The notes beneath the pieces are model-generated. The model made no database searches, was not told the DNA's origin, and saw only the letters and a list, made by a program, of their open reading frames with translations. This document shows positions 26,152 to 36,634 of a stretch of 64,000 bases of DNA, piece by piece (position 1 is the stretch's first letter; the number at the start of each line of letters is the position of its first letter). The translations under genes were made by a program, and so were the position numbers. Source of the DNA: a virus; the IMG/VR virus record IMGVR_UViG_3300048080_000202, positions 1,859 to 65,858 of that record; one strand, 5' to 3'.

Positions 26152-27507
26152 GTGAAAATCAATCATAAACCCGCTCCGATATTCACTCATGAAGGTGGAA
26201 GGGCTTCCAGGACGTCGGATGTTAATACGCTTCGACGGTTGGTGTTGAATTGTCTTCTTTGGGAACCGACGTTTTATGAAAGTGGCAATGCGATTGCGGC
26301 ACAGATTGCAAAGTTGGTGTCTAAGATTGATCCTCAAACTGTTGGTGATCTGGCGAAAGAAGCGCGGAATAATATGTATCTGCGGCATGTCCCATTGTTC
26401 CTTGCAAGGGAGTTGGCAAGAAAAGGTAATGGCTCGATTGTGGCAGATGTGTTGGAGGAAGTTGTACAACGTGCGGATGAGTTAACGGAGTTTCTTGTTA
26501 TTTATTGGAAGGACGGAAGGAGCCCTTTGAGTGCGGGGGTCAAACGCGGACTCGCCAAGGCATTCCGAAAGTTCAACGTCTATCAGCTTGCGAAGTATGA
26601 TCGCGCAAACACGGTGAGGTTGAGGGATGTATTGTTTCTTACCCATCCCAAACCCAAGGACCAAGACCAACAAGACGTGTGGGACAAGTTGGTGCAAAAT
26701 GAGCTTGAGGCTCCAGACACTTGGGAGGTAGCACTGAGCGCGGGGATGAACAAGAAAGAAACATGGGAGAGATTATTGAGGGAAAAGAGGCTGGGTGGAT
26801 TGGCTACTCTCCGAAATCTCCGAAACATGTTGTCTGTTAGTGTGGATGTGGAGTTAATCAAGGAACGTTTGAATGACTCCATGGGAAAGATATTTCCGTA
26901 TCGGTTTATCACAGCAGCTAAGTATGCCCCGAAATTGGAGGCTGCTCTCGAACACGCAATGCTTGGAGCGATTGATAAAGAGTTGGTTCTCAAAGGGAGA
27001 ACATGCCTTGTTGTGGATGTGAGTGGGTCGATGGATGGAGCAATGAGCAAGAAATCTGAAGCCACAAGAATTGACACTGCATGTGGATTGGCAGTATTAC
27101 TTCGTGAGGTGTGTGAGGACTTGGTGGTATATGCAACTGGGGGAGATGATGGAAGGAACATTCACGCCACAGCGGAGGTGCCTGCAAGACATGGATTTGC
27201 ATTGAGAGATGCAATTGATGGATTAAAGGGTAAATTGGGTGGTGGGGGAATATTTCTTGCTCAATGTATGGATTATATTGCCAGTAAGGAGAAAGCGGAA
27301 TTCGAAAGAGTGATTGTGTTGACAGATGAACAGGATTGTGATAGAAATCGCACAGCGATGTCAGCGAAGAAATTGGGGAAGGTGAATTATACATTGAATT
27401 TAGCTTCGTATCAGAATGGTACTAGCTATGGGAGCGGTTGGCATCTTGTGAATGGCTGGAGCGACCAAGTAGTGAGATATATTCAATTGTTGGAGAGTGA
27501 GCAATGA
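26152..27507 (+). CDS. rsr: Ro60-related (TROVE + vWA) RNA-binding protein
   Basis: 'THEGG', 'LRRLVLNCLLWEPTFYE', 'YQLAKY...LRDVL.L.HPKP' and 'TWE..LS'; vWA MIDAS 'VDVSGSM' and 'VLTDEQ'. Confidence 0.95.
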   Translation: MKINHKPAPIFTHEGGRASRTSDVNTLRRLVLNCLLWEPTFYESGNAIAAQIAKLVSKIDPQTVGDLAKEARNNMYLRHVPLFLARELARKGNGSIVADVLEEVVQRADELTEFLVIYWKDGRSPLSAGVKRGLAKAFRKFNVYQLAKYDRANTVRLRDVLFLTHPKPKDQDQQDVWDKLVQNELEAPDTWEVALSAGMNKKETWERLLREKRLGGLATLRNLRNMLSVSVDVELIKERLNDSMGKIFPYRFITAAKYAPKLEAALEHAMLGAIDKELVLKGRTCLVVDVSGSMDGAMSKKSEATRIDTACGLAVLLREVCEDLVVYATGGDDGRNIHATAEVPARHGFALRDAIDGLKGKLGGGGIFLAQCMDYIASKEKAEFERVIVLTDEQDCDRNRTAMSAKKLGKVNYTLNLASYQNGTSYGSGWHLVNGWSDQVVRYIQLLESEQ

Positions 27508-28220
27508 TTCATGGTTACAACGCTGAACCCACTGGAGGTTGGGTTATTCAGGGAGTTGTAAAAAACCCAATCGGAGTAGAATTAGAGGTGGATTATCAGG
27601 GGTATGAGCCAACTAATCAGCACTATTGTTGTATAGACTGCCATGGTCCTCGCAGCATATGGGAGGGCCAAAGACTAGAGTCAATTCAAACAAAAATTGA
27701 TGAAAAACTAGCAGAAGTGAAATGGCTGTTTCTCAAACGAGACAGCTCGCTCAAGAACGGCGTGGAGGTTGTGAGTCATCCGATGGGACTAGGGAGTCAC
27801 AAGAGAAAGTGGCCGGAGGTATTGGAGTTTTTGGGGGGTGTGGGAAAGTTGCGGCCACACGATGAACAGGGGCTTCATTTTCATTTTAAAGTTCAGGAAT
27901 ATCAGATAGTACGGGATTTTGTATTAGACTATCCTAAAGAATTACAAGAGATTGCGGGGAGGGGAGAGAATGAATTTTGTGTGTTTAACAAAGGAAATCA
28001 TCACCATTCTGTTATTAACCGCCGAGACGATAACAGATGTGAGTTTAGGCTCTGTCGATCGACAGTGAAGATAGATGAATTCTTTGCTCGTCTTGAACTC
28101 GCTCATGCGCTTGCATCGATTGCGAGTGTGGAGGAGATGGAGTGGGGGGAGTTTTGGGAGAGGTGTCAAGAGAGGCCGGTGATGTATAAGGAATTGTTAT
28201 TGATTGGGGGAAAGTCATGA
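27504..28220 (+). CDS. Amidoligase-like (COOH-NH2 ligase family) protein
   Basis: 'IGVELEV', 'DSSL.NGVEVVSHP', 'GLHFHF' and 'EFRL'. Confidence 0.7.
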   Translation: MIHGYNAEPTGGWVIQGVVKNPIGVELEVDYQGYEPTNQHYCCIDCHGPRSIWEGQRLESIQTKIDEKLAEVKWLFLKRDSSLKNGVEVVSHPMGLGSHKRKWPEVLEFLGGVGKLRPHDEQGLHFHFKVQEYQIVRDFVLDYPKELQEIAGRGENEFCVFNKGNHHHSVINRRDDNRCEFRLCRSTVKIDEFFARLELAHALASIASVEEMEWGEFWERCQERPVMYKELLLIGGKS

Positions 28221-30030
28221 CCCCACAATACCGACTGTCGGAGTTTGGCGGGGATATAGAGATAGTTGATAATAACACTGGATGGGTTGAGTGTGTGGTG
28301 GGTATAGAATATAAAGAGGACATGGAGAGATATGTGGAGTATTTGAATGGAAAAGACGTGGATGATCGGTTGGGGGCGGTGGAGAAATGAAACCAACAAG
28401 TTTAATATGGAATATTTTCCTAGTTAGTGGGTGTGCATATCTAGTATTTTGGAAAGGGGCGTCTCCCTGGTGGCTATTGATACTACCGTTTTTCACATTA
28501 TGGACAATCACCTTAGATAAGAAGGAAAAGGGATAAGTCTAAATGAAGTGTCCATTATGCAAGAGTAAAAAAACAGAATCCATAAGCCACTATGTGTACA
28601 CGGATTGGTGTAAGACTTGCGGGACATTGTTTAGAAACGGGGTTGTTAATCGCCCTGATCGTTGGGTGAGTGAAGCAGAGTTTCGGTGGTCAACAAAGAT
28701 GTTGCTAATTGAGCTACAGAAGAGACTTTTAACGAAAAGAGGTTTGAAACAATTAAGAGTAATAGCACACCAATGTGGGTGTGGTGCCCACAGTACTTGC
28801 TCAGACTGTCAAGTTCCAGAATGGATGAGGTTTACAAAATAGTGGACAAACCCCATATTGGGCTGTTGCTTTTTTGGATCTTTGCAAATCTTGTGGTGTG
28901 GTTTGGGAGGAAGAGATGAAAATAGTCGTTGGTATAATACTGATCTTTGCCCCACCGGAGGAATACGAGTGTTATGGAGATGACATATTGGATTCACGGT
29001 GGGTTTGTCCATGCCGGGTGTTTATGCTAGCAAGATTCGATGTGTTTTTACTATGAATCTCCTTGAACTCCTTTTCTGCCCCCAACACGGGATGTTAGGG
29101 GTGTTACTATTGATTCCCACTTCAGCGTGTTTGAGGTATGTAAAAGTTTGGTGGAGGAGGAGAAATGCTTGATCTAACAAAGAAGATACAAACACGAGGC
29201 GGATATCCTGTAAGAATACTTGAATCCAACCTCAGGGGAAATGATTTCCCAACTAGCAAAACTATCGCCATTCTCCACACATTCTTCGAAGGCACCGAAG
29301 GAGACGGACTTGAGTGAAAAAGCAATAACACTCCGTTTACTCTCCCCAAAGGAAGTATGTGAGGAATTCGGGCACCTCGCAATCACCATTGAGCCCGAGC
29401 AAGGGAAGTATGCAAAGTGGTGCCCGAGGTGCGGGGAGAGAGTGAGTGTGGATACGCCGGGGAGGATTGTATGAAATCAACTGCGTGGGGCATTGTTCTC
29501 GTGTTATTTTGCACGTTTGGACTCCCAACACTATTTTTGTTTGGGGCTAAATGGATAGCGGTACTGTCAAGGTGGTTGAATCTATGAAATCAATCATTAT
29601 CGTCGGAAACGTGGTGGATGGGTTGAATTTCTATGGACCGTTTGATAATGCGGGGGATGCAATGAAGTATGCGGAAGATATATTTAAGAATTCCACCTGG
29701 TTGGTGACGACATTGTATAGCAGGAATTCCCCAATAGTTCGAGGATTCAAAAATGTACTCTGACGGGCAAATAATTCACAATTTTGACACAGGGAAGCCT
29801 ATAAAAGTGGGGGATGGGCGATCTGCATTCGTGTGGGCTGGACTACCCAAAAGACATACACATTATTTAAGGGGTAAAGGAGTATTCTTGGCTGCCTCTG
29901 TTAAAGAAGCGTGGAAATTACTTCTTCAAGGACTTATTGTGCCTGCGCCTTGTGGGGAGAATCATTGTTGGGATTGTAGAAATTGGCTGAGTAATTCTAA
30001 AGCGAATTGGTGTAAGAATAAGGACCACAA

Positions 30031-30558
30031 ATGATCTTACAAAAACTATACGAACTCGCCAAGCACGTCAAGCCCGTGGGGAATGCTCGGGTGATGGCGG
30101 CGGTGGTGCAGAAGGGGAGGATTGTGTGTGTCGCAAGTAATGAGAAGAAGAGTGATCCGAGTCAAAAGAGGGCGAACAAAGGACTATGTAAATGTGGACA
30201 CATAAAATATGAACATGCTGGTCCTGGATGCTTGGCTGTTGTACAAGAGACCAAAGGATATTGTTTGTGTACGATGTTTGCAGCGATTGAAGAAGAGAGA
30301 ATCTACTGGCACGCCGAAACCAAGGTAATCAAACGTGCAAAGAAACTTATCAAGGATTCCAATGGATACTTGAATGGTTGTGTGTTGTATGTGGCGAGGG
30401 CGAAGAAGAAGGTGATTGAGAAAAACGTAAATAAATATGAGTTTTTTCGACGGATTGTTTGGACCCCCGGCCTCGCCCGCCCCTGCGAAGGCTGTTGGAA
30501 GGCGATTGCGGAGAGCGGGATTACGAAGGCGGAGTGGACAAAGGATGAGTGTTTCTGA
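30031..30558 (+). CDS. Zn-dependent cytidine/dCMP-deaminase-fold protein with inserted zinc finger
   Basis: 'HAE' and 'ARPCEGC' deaminase motifs; insert 'CKCGH...H...C...CLCTMF'. Confidence 0.8.
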   Translation: MILQKLYELAKHVKPVGNARVMAAVVQKGRIVCVASNEKKSDPSQKRANKGLCKCGHIKYEHAGPGCLAVVQETKGYCLCTMFAAIEEERIYWHAETKVIKRAKKLIKDSNGYLNGCVLYVARAKKKVIEKNVNKYEFFRRIVWTPGLARPCEGCWKAIAESGITKAEWTKDECF

Positions 30559-32044
30559 TAGAAACATGAGTGATGCAATTGATCAGATCGCTTATGATTT
30601 GAAATATTATCATTTGTTCCTTGATTAAAGACCCCTGGGATGCTGAGTACCAAGATGACTCACTCATCTCAGTCCATCCTGCAAGTGGGAAACAGAAGCC
30701 ACTAAAAACAGACAACGATCAATCCCTTCGGGGAAGTATCAAGTTCTGTCAGTGGTGGAAAGGAAGAGGAGTTTATATAATGATTATTCTTCCGCTCCCT
30801 CCTCTTTTTGCATTCCTATCCCCGGTGGTTGCAGGCTTGGGGGAAACGGGTGGACAAAATTTTCAAACTAGGAGAAACCAATGCAAAAGCTTAGGACTAC
30901 GAATAATGCGAACGGGCTTGGCACAGTCACATTGGGAACAATTTGCCTCATTAGTGGTTTGATGTTAATAGGACTTAAACTTCCTGTGGCAATTGGGGTA
31001 TTTCTTACTTTATTTGGGTTACGAGTATTATGGGTGTATTGTCAATGATTCAAATATCGGTTGGCCCAAGGATTCCGTTAGAGAAATTTTTGCGTGGTGA
31101 GATAAAATGTCCAAAGTGTGGAAAGGCTTGGAATCTTATTAGGTGTGTTTGTGGTTTTAACCCAAAGGCGAAGAAACAAAAGGAGAAATAACATGATTGA
31201 GATTGTAAAAGAACCACGCAAACCCAAAGAAGTTTTTACCGATGTAAGAGCCCTTCCTATGGGCTTATGTGTTGTAGACTGGGTGAATGGAAAGAGTTAT
31301 CTTGTTCTTACCCGTCCTATAGATGGTACTACCTGTATTAACATAGATGGTTTGAGCAGTGGGCACTGGATAAAAAATGGTTCTTACGTGAAAAAAGTCT
31401 ATAGAATTAAAGAGGTTATAGTGGAAGAGATATGAAACCCATTTGTAAGTGGTGCAAAACTAACCTCTGTGTATGGGGGATGGATTTGTGTAATCGTTGT
31501 TGGGAGCTGTTAAGAATTGCAGGTATTGAATGACCCACCGCCGTCGATTGTTCAACGCCACCAGAGCCCCAGTAAGAATATCCGTCCCCTCGGGTTCGAT
31601 CATCCTGCCAGTGTATGCAGGGATGGACTTCGTGGAAGACACGGAGAACAAATTGGTGGTATTGGATGGGGGATTGCGGGTTCCTGTAGTTAATGTAGAA
31701 AGTGGTTATGATATCCCTGATCCCGAAGAAAAGACCGTCTTTATTGTTTCTGAGGATGTATTTCGGATGGTGGGGCGGAGGAGAGATATGACAATGGTGT
31801 ATCCCGGAGATCGATCGATGTTTTTGAGAAGAGATTTCTGGTGTACCGGGAGAAAGGCGAGGGTGAAGTAATATGAAATGTTTGCATTGTGAGAGTGAGG
31901 ACCTCAAGTTTATTAAGGATGTGGGGAATTATTCCCTTACGTGGTGTAAAATGTGCGGAGCTTTATCACATTTTTATCTGTTTAACACAGGAGTGAATTA
32001 TAAAGAGATTCCACACACTTGTGTGGTTGATTTTTAAGGAAAAA

Positions 32045-32716
32045 ATGAATAACTACACCAAATGCAGGTGCGGATGTGTGCTTGCCTTACACGAAGGAAA
32101 AGGAGGCAGTGGGAGATGTATAAATAGCAGATTTACACACCCAACATTACTTGGCGCTTGCAATTGTGGTTGTTTTGAGGAGAAAATTATGAATTGCGTG
32201 AATCCAATGCAAGTAGAATGCGACCCCGGAATTCTATGTGACTGCCAAGATAATGAGGTATATTGTGTATTAAAAATTGGGCATAAAGGAGACCACCATA
32301 TTCATTCTTGTGGGAATTGTTGGATGTATCCAAATTTGAATAGAGGAGAAAACATCATGCTCGATTTAACCAAACCCATTCAAACCCGCAATGGCCGCGA
32401 GGCTAAGGTGTATGAAGTGTTTAAGGATTATTTACTTGGTGCTTGGAAAGACGAAAAAGTTACAGGTCGCTGGATTCCGGTTAGCCGTGATCTTAACGGT
32501 GAAGGACATAACTACACAGTTGGAAGGTTTGACTCTGGAACCAACTTCATCAACATCCCCGAGAGTTTTGGAATCCAGGGATGGGTGAATGTGTATAGTG
32601 ATGGGGCGATGTCGAAACCCTATAAAATTAAGGGATGCGCTGCTACTAAGATTGGCCCTGATGTTATTGCCTGCATCTACGTCAATAGAACTATTATTAA
32701 AGGGGAAGGCTTATAG
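32045..32716 (+). CDS. Three-module ORF with internal in-frame starts at 32189 and 32357
   Basis: Zinc-finger module, Cys/His 'GH' module and 'LDLTKPIQTRNGR' module, each preceded by an SD. Confidence 0.55.
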   Translation: MNNYTKCRCGCVLALHEGKGGSGRCINSRFTHPTLLGACNCGCFEEKIMNCVNPMQVECDPGILCDCQDNEVYCVLKIGHKGDHHIHSCGNCWMYPNLNRGENIMLDLTKPIQTRNGREAKVYEVFKDYLLGAWKDEKVTGRWIPVSRDLNGEGHNYTVGRFDSGTNFINIPESFGIQGWVNVYSDGAMSKPYKIKGCAATKIGPDVIACIYVNRTIIKGEGL

Positions 32717-32739
32717 TCTCTCCAGACCCTCACAGTAAA

Positions 32740-32952
32740 CCAAACGAAGTATGGATGCTTCCACGCAGACGGAGGAATAGGGTGTCGAAGACCACACACC
32801 TTGACTGTGTAATCCACAGTGAGTACTCCTATCACGACTTTCGTGGCTGCGATATGGCCCATACTTGAGCCGAAGGATGAATACCATAATGGGAAATCCC
32901 AGTGGTGAGCATCTGCGTTTGGCTATGGGGATACGGCTAACTGATAGGAGTA
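32740..32952 (+). ncRNA. Candidate pseudoknotted non-coding RNA
   Basis: Intergenic; TACTCCTATCA/TGATAGGAGTA (11 bp) crosses AAGTATGG/CCATACTT (8 bp). Confidence 0.4.
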
Positions 32953-33534
32953 GTTATAAATGAGATGTTATATTGGACTAGACGGTCATTTGTATGTGCG
33001 TGGCTTGTTAGATATTTTGCTTTATCGTTCTAAAAATAGGTGGATAATTAAGGGATGTGATGAATAAAGACATCATTCGCTCGATGTTCTTCCATTGGCA
33101 TCAATGCCATACGTGCCGGAGGTTGTATCGGCACATGGATGTGGGGTGTAAGGCATCTACTATCCGGGGGTGCCGAATAGTTAATTGTAATTATGTAGCT
33201 AACAAGCTATTTCGCCCAGACCATTTCCATAAATGTATTGTGTGTTCGGGGCTTATGCAGTGTGCAGGGGCGGAAGCGAAGGTTTGTGAGATCCGAAGAA
33301 TTCAAACGGTGTGCTTTGGGTGTCAGACAAATGTTGGAAAAGGGGTGATTGTATGAAATGTAATGGAAGACTTCGAATTAAGCAAAATGATTACTGTCAT
33401 GATAACGGTGAATTAGATCGTGTGAATATTGTTTTTATTTATTGCCAAGAAGATCTTGGGCACTCTAGTAAACATATACACCATAATCATGTGTTTTGTG
33501 TAACATGGGAGGAGAATAAAGTAGAAGGAGAGGT

Positions 33535-34227
33535 ATGAGCATTCAAATCATTGGCCCACAAAGCTCCGCCTCACGGGCTCTCCTTCAGGAAATGTGCGAT
33601 GGTCTGTCGGGTGATCTTCGAGTTGTATGGGGGAGGGAGATGGATAAGTGGACGCAGTTGAAAATCTTATTTTCAAAAGCAGTTCCTATTCCTGTATGTA
33701 CTGACGATTTTGAAAGCGCAAGATTGTGGGTCGATCGTGGAGTAATCACATGGGGACGAAAAATCAATCATACTCAAGGGCGAGATATTGCTACAAATCC
33801 AGCATCAAACAAATGGCGTAAATGTGATTATTGGGTGGAAGTAATTCAGGATGTGAAAGATGAATGGCGAATTCATGTGATGGATGGATTGGTGATTCAT
33901 TGTGAGAGGAAGGTTCATATTGATCTAATGGGGGCAATGGGTTTTAGTTGTAGACATAGACTACAGCCTAACTTATGTGGTGAATGTGGAGCGATTCGCT
34001 CCCATCGTAACAGTTGGCGCATGATTCGTGACCGGAAACCCAGTTTGCGGCTAATGAAATTAGCGAAGAATGCTGTTGCTGCACTGGAATGGGACCTCGG
34101 GGCAGTAGATATTTTGGAGAAATCTGATGGGGCTGGGGCTGTGCTTGAAGTTAATAGTCGCCCGGGATTGGATTCGAGGACGGCAAGGCAGTATGTGAAA
34201 GGGATTCAGAGACGGATACAAAGATGA
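33535..34227 (+). CDS. ATP-grasp domain protein (RimK/YheC-like)
   Basis: 'EWRIHV', 'RSHRNSW' and 'LGAVDIL...VLEVNSRPG'. Confidence 0.8.
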   Translation: MSIQIIGPQSSASRALLQEMCDGLSGDLRVVWGREMDKWTQLKILFSKAVPIPVCTDDFESARLWVDRGVITWGRKINHTQGRDIATNPASNKWRKCDYWVEVIQDVKDEWRIHVMDGLVIHCERKVHIDLMGAMGFSCRHRLQPNLCGECGAIRSHRNSWRMIRDRKPSLRLMKLAKNAVAALEWDLGAVDILEKSDGAGAVLEVNSRPGLDSRTARQYVKGIQRRIQR

Positions 34228-34922
34228 AATCTCACGGTGAGCACTCACGTTGCAACGCAGGATTTTGGACCCCCTTTAACTACACCTCCGGTCTTATGAT
34301 GGGGGTGGAGCTTGAGGTGGAGGCTCCGACTAACTCTAATGTGCTCCTAGATATAGACTGCGCCATTGAATCTGGTACCTTCCCGGCGGTTGTGAGTGAG
34401 AGTGATTCAAGTTTGAACTATGGTATAGAGATCATCTCACATCCAATGGATATCCAAGGCCACTACCGTGTGTGGCCGGATATTCTCAAACTCTTGCGGA
34501 AGAAAAAAATGCAAGGAGATTTAGCGGAAACCGCTGGATTGCATGTGACATTTGAAAGTATTCCGTTAACTGCAAGGGCGAATCAAATACTCAAAGAGCA
34601 TCAAGGGTTGATTTGCTTAATTGCGGGGAGAGAATATAGTGTATATTGTAGTTGGAGTCGGATTTATCAAGAACACGTCAGTATTTATAAGGAAAGTGTG
34701 CTTGCAGACCGAAACCACAAACCCATTCTTGATCAATCCCATTCTGTTTACGAATTTCGGCCATCTCGAAGTAGTGTCAAAGATCAAAAATTCTTTGCGA
34801 GACTGGAGATGGCACAAGCATTTCAAGAATGGGCAATAAGAGAGGAGCCTGTGAAGGAGTGGCCGGAGCACATGAGGACGTATGAGAATTTGGGAGCAGA
34901 GATGAGGAGATTGGGAGTATGA
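34224..34922 (+). CDS. Amidoligase-like protein (paralog of 27504-28220)
   Basis: 'MGVELEVE', 'DSSLNYGIEIISHPM', 'AGLHV' and 'YEFRP'. Confidence 0.7.
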   Translation: MKSHGEHSRCNAGFWTPFNYTSGLMMGVELEVEAPTNSNVLLDIDCAIESGTFPAVVSESDSSLNYGIEIISHPMDIQGHYRVWPDILKLLRKKKMQGDLAETAGLHVTFESIPLTARANQILKEHQGLICLIAGREYSVYCSWSRIYQEHVSIYKESVLADRNHKPILDQSHSVYEFRPSRSSVKDQKFFARLEMAQAFQEWAIREEPVKEWPEHMRTYENLGAEMRRLGV

Positions 34923-35300
34923 CCAAAGTAACCTTTTGTAGCTGTATTCATCCCGGCCAGGATAAAATCTATGGTCTCGGGCTGCGCCTGCACAATTCTT
35001 CGAAGAACAAACAAAGCATCAAACCGAATTGGAGGTGTACGGTATGTGGGAGGGTGAAAGAATGCTAGGAACAACAAAACGTGAACGCCGCTCACGTGCC
35101 TCTAAACATTCCACCGCCGCTCTTTATAAGCCCACCAAATTTGTAGTATCATGTCCATACTGCCAAAACAAGTGGGAAGGAAAGATAAAGGGTATGCAAG
35201 ACGGGATGCGGAGGATGTGTTGAGACTAGCCGCTGAATGTTGCGGACTGTTTATTGATTTAGAATAATTAGATATTCACTTTCAAATTTGGGACAGTAGA

Positions 35301-36632
35301 ATGAAGCACACAATCACACCACAGAACAAGAAATTTAGCTGCCGAGCTTGTGGTTTGTTTCATCATTATAATTATCGACAACCCTCAATAGTATGGCGGG
35401 CGTGTGGGTACTGTGGACACAATCACAACCCCAATCGCGCACATTATTGTTCGCAGTGTCAGAAATTTCATCCTACACGCAAGACTTTGGTTGGGCCAAG
35501 GTTTCTATGTCCAAAACTTCAGCAGTGTGCGAGATGTGGGAAAGCGGGAGTTAAGTGTAAAACTTGCCGCCGTTGTATTGCCTATTGTGGATGTGCGTGC
35601 AGAAGTTGTTTCTCTTGCCACCAAAAAACAGCGAGTCTTTGCCCAAATTGTCGAACGTGCCAAGAGCGTTGCTGTCTATGTGGCGGGAGAATTGGGCGGG
35701 AAAATGCTGTTTGGCAACAGAGTTTGGTGACAGTTAAAGAAGGAAAAATAGTAAACTCTCTTATTGATCAGGGTCTCGGTCGAACTATTGGACTTGAGAT
35801 TGAGTTGTCGGAGTTTGGGACGATCAAGAAATGGAAGGGTATAAGATATACCATTGCTCATGACGTGAGTGTAAAACCAAGTGGAGAGGAAATAGTGTTA
35901 GCTCCCACTTGTGGGAGGGAGTTTCAAGAAAACGTTTATAAACTTGGTACAGCTTTGATATATTCACAGTGTGAGGTTAATGAAACTTGTGGACTTCATG
36001 TTCATGTGGATGCAAAGGATTTCGGGTGGTGGGAAATTCGGAAACTTTTAATAATGTGGTTGGGGATTGAAAAGGAAATGTTTCGTTATTTTGTAGACAA
36101 TAAAGATAGGATTAAGGATCGATTCTGTCTTCCATATCGTGAGAGTGGGGGACACCCCTGTGCTTTTATAATTCCTAATTTTGAAACTGATCTTACCTCT
36201 CGATCTATCCCTATTTCCACCATTAAATCTATGTGGATTTCTATGTTTTATGACGGAAAGTTTATACCTCACCCCTCCGGAAAACCAGAGCTTATCCAAG
36301 GATATGAGGAAGGTTATAAATCTCATAAGAAAAATAAATATTCTCGCCCCCGCTATTATGCTCTCAACATCCACTCCTGGCTATATCGAGGGACAGTGGA
36401 GTTCCGTCTTAAAGAAGGTACCGTGAATGGAGTAGAGATCCGAGATTGGGCATTATTGTGTGGATGGATTGTGGAGATGGTGAATAGAATTACTTTTGAG
36501 CAAGCGTTACAAGTGTATAATAAGGGTATCGTAGCCCTTCGGGATCTCACATCCACATCGGAGTTTTCTATTAAAGACACTTTCATTCTCCCAGAGAGTG
36601 TGAGAAACTACATTACTAAAAGGATATCATAG
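35301..36632 (+). CDS. Amidoligase with Cys-rich N-terminal region
   Basis: Many CxxC pairs, then 'IGLEIE', 'TCGLHVHVD', 'RYYALN' and 'GTVEFRL..GT'. Confidence 0.85.
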   Translation: MKHTITPQNKKFSCRACGLFHHYNYRQPSIVWRACGYCGHNHNPNRAHYCSQCQKFHPTRKTLVGPRFLCPKLQQCARCGKAGVKCKTCRRCIAYCGCACRSCFSCHQKTASLCPNCRTCQERCCLCGGRIGRENAVWQQSLVTVKEGKIVNSLIDQGLGRTIGLEIELSEFGTIKKWKGIRYTIAHDVSVKPSGEEIVLAPTCGREFQENVYKLGTALIYSQCEVNETCGLHVHVDAKDFGWWEIRKLLIMWLGIEKEMFRYFVDNKDRIKDRFCLPYRESGGHPCAFIIPNFETDLTSRSIPISTIKSMWISMFYDGKFIPHPSGKPELIQGYEEGYKSHKKNKYSRPRYYALNIHSWLYRGTVEFRLKEGTVNGVEIRDWALLCGWIVEMVNRITFEQALQVYNKGIVALRDLTSTSEFSIKDTFILPESVRNYITKRIS

Positions 36633-36634
36633 TT

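Larger units (their letters stand above)
22154..33538 (+). other. Dense array of small early ORFs (many 40-120 aa, often Cys/His-rich) interspersed with the named genes
   Basis: Purine-rich plus strand, with SD motifs and ATGA overlaps (e.g. 22154, 23833, 25009, 25232, 28543, 29551, 29753, 31530, 33057, 33353). Confidence 0.6.
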
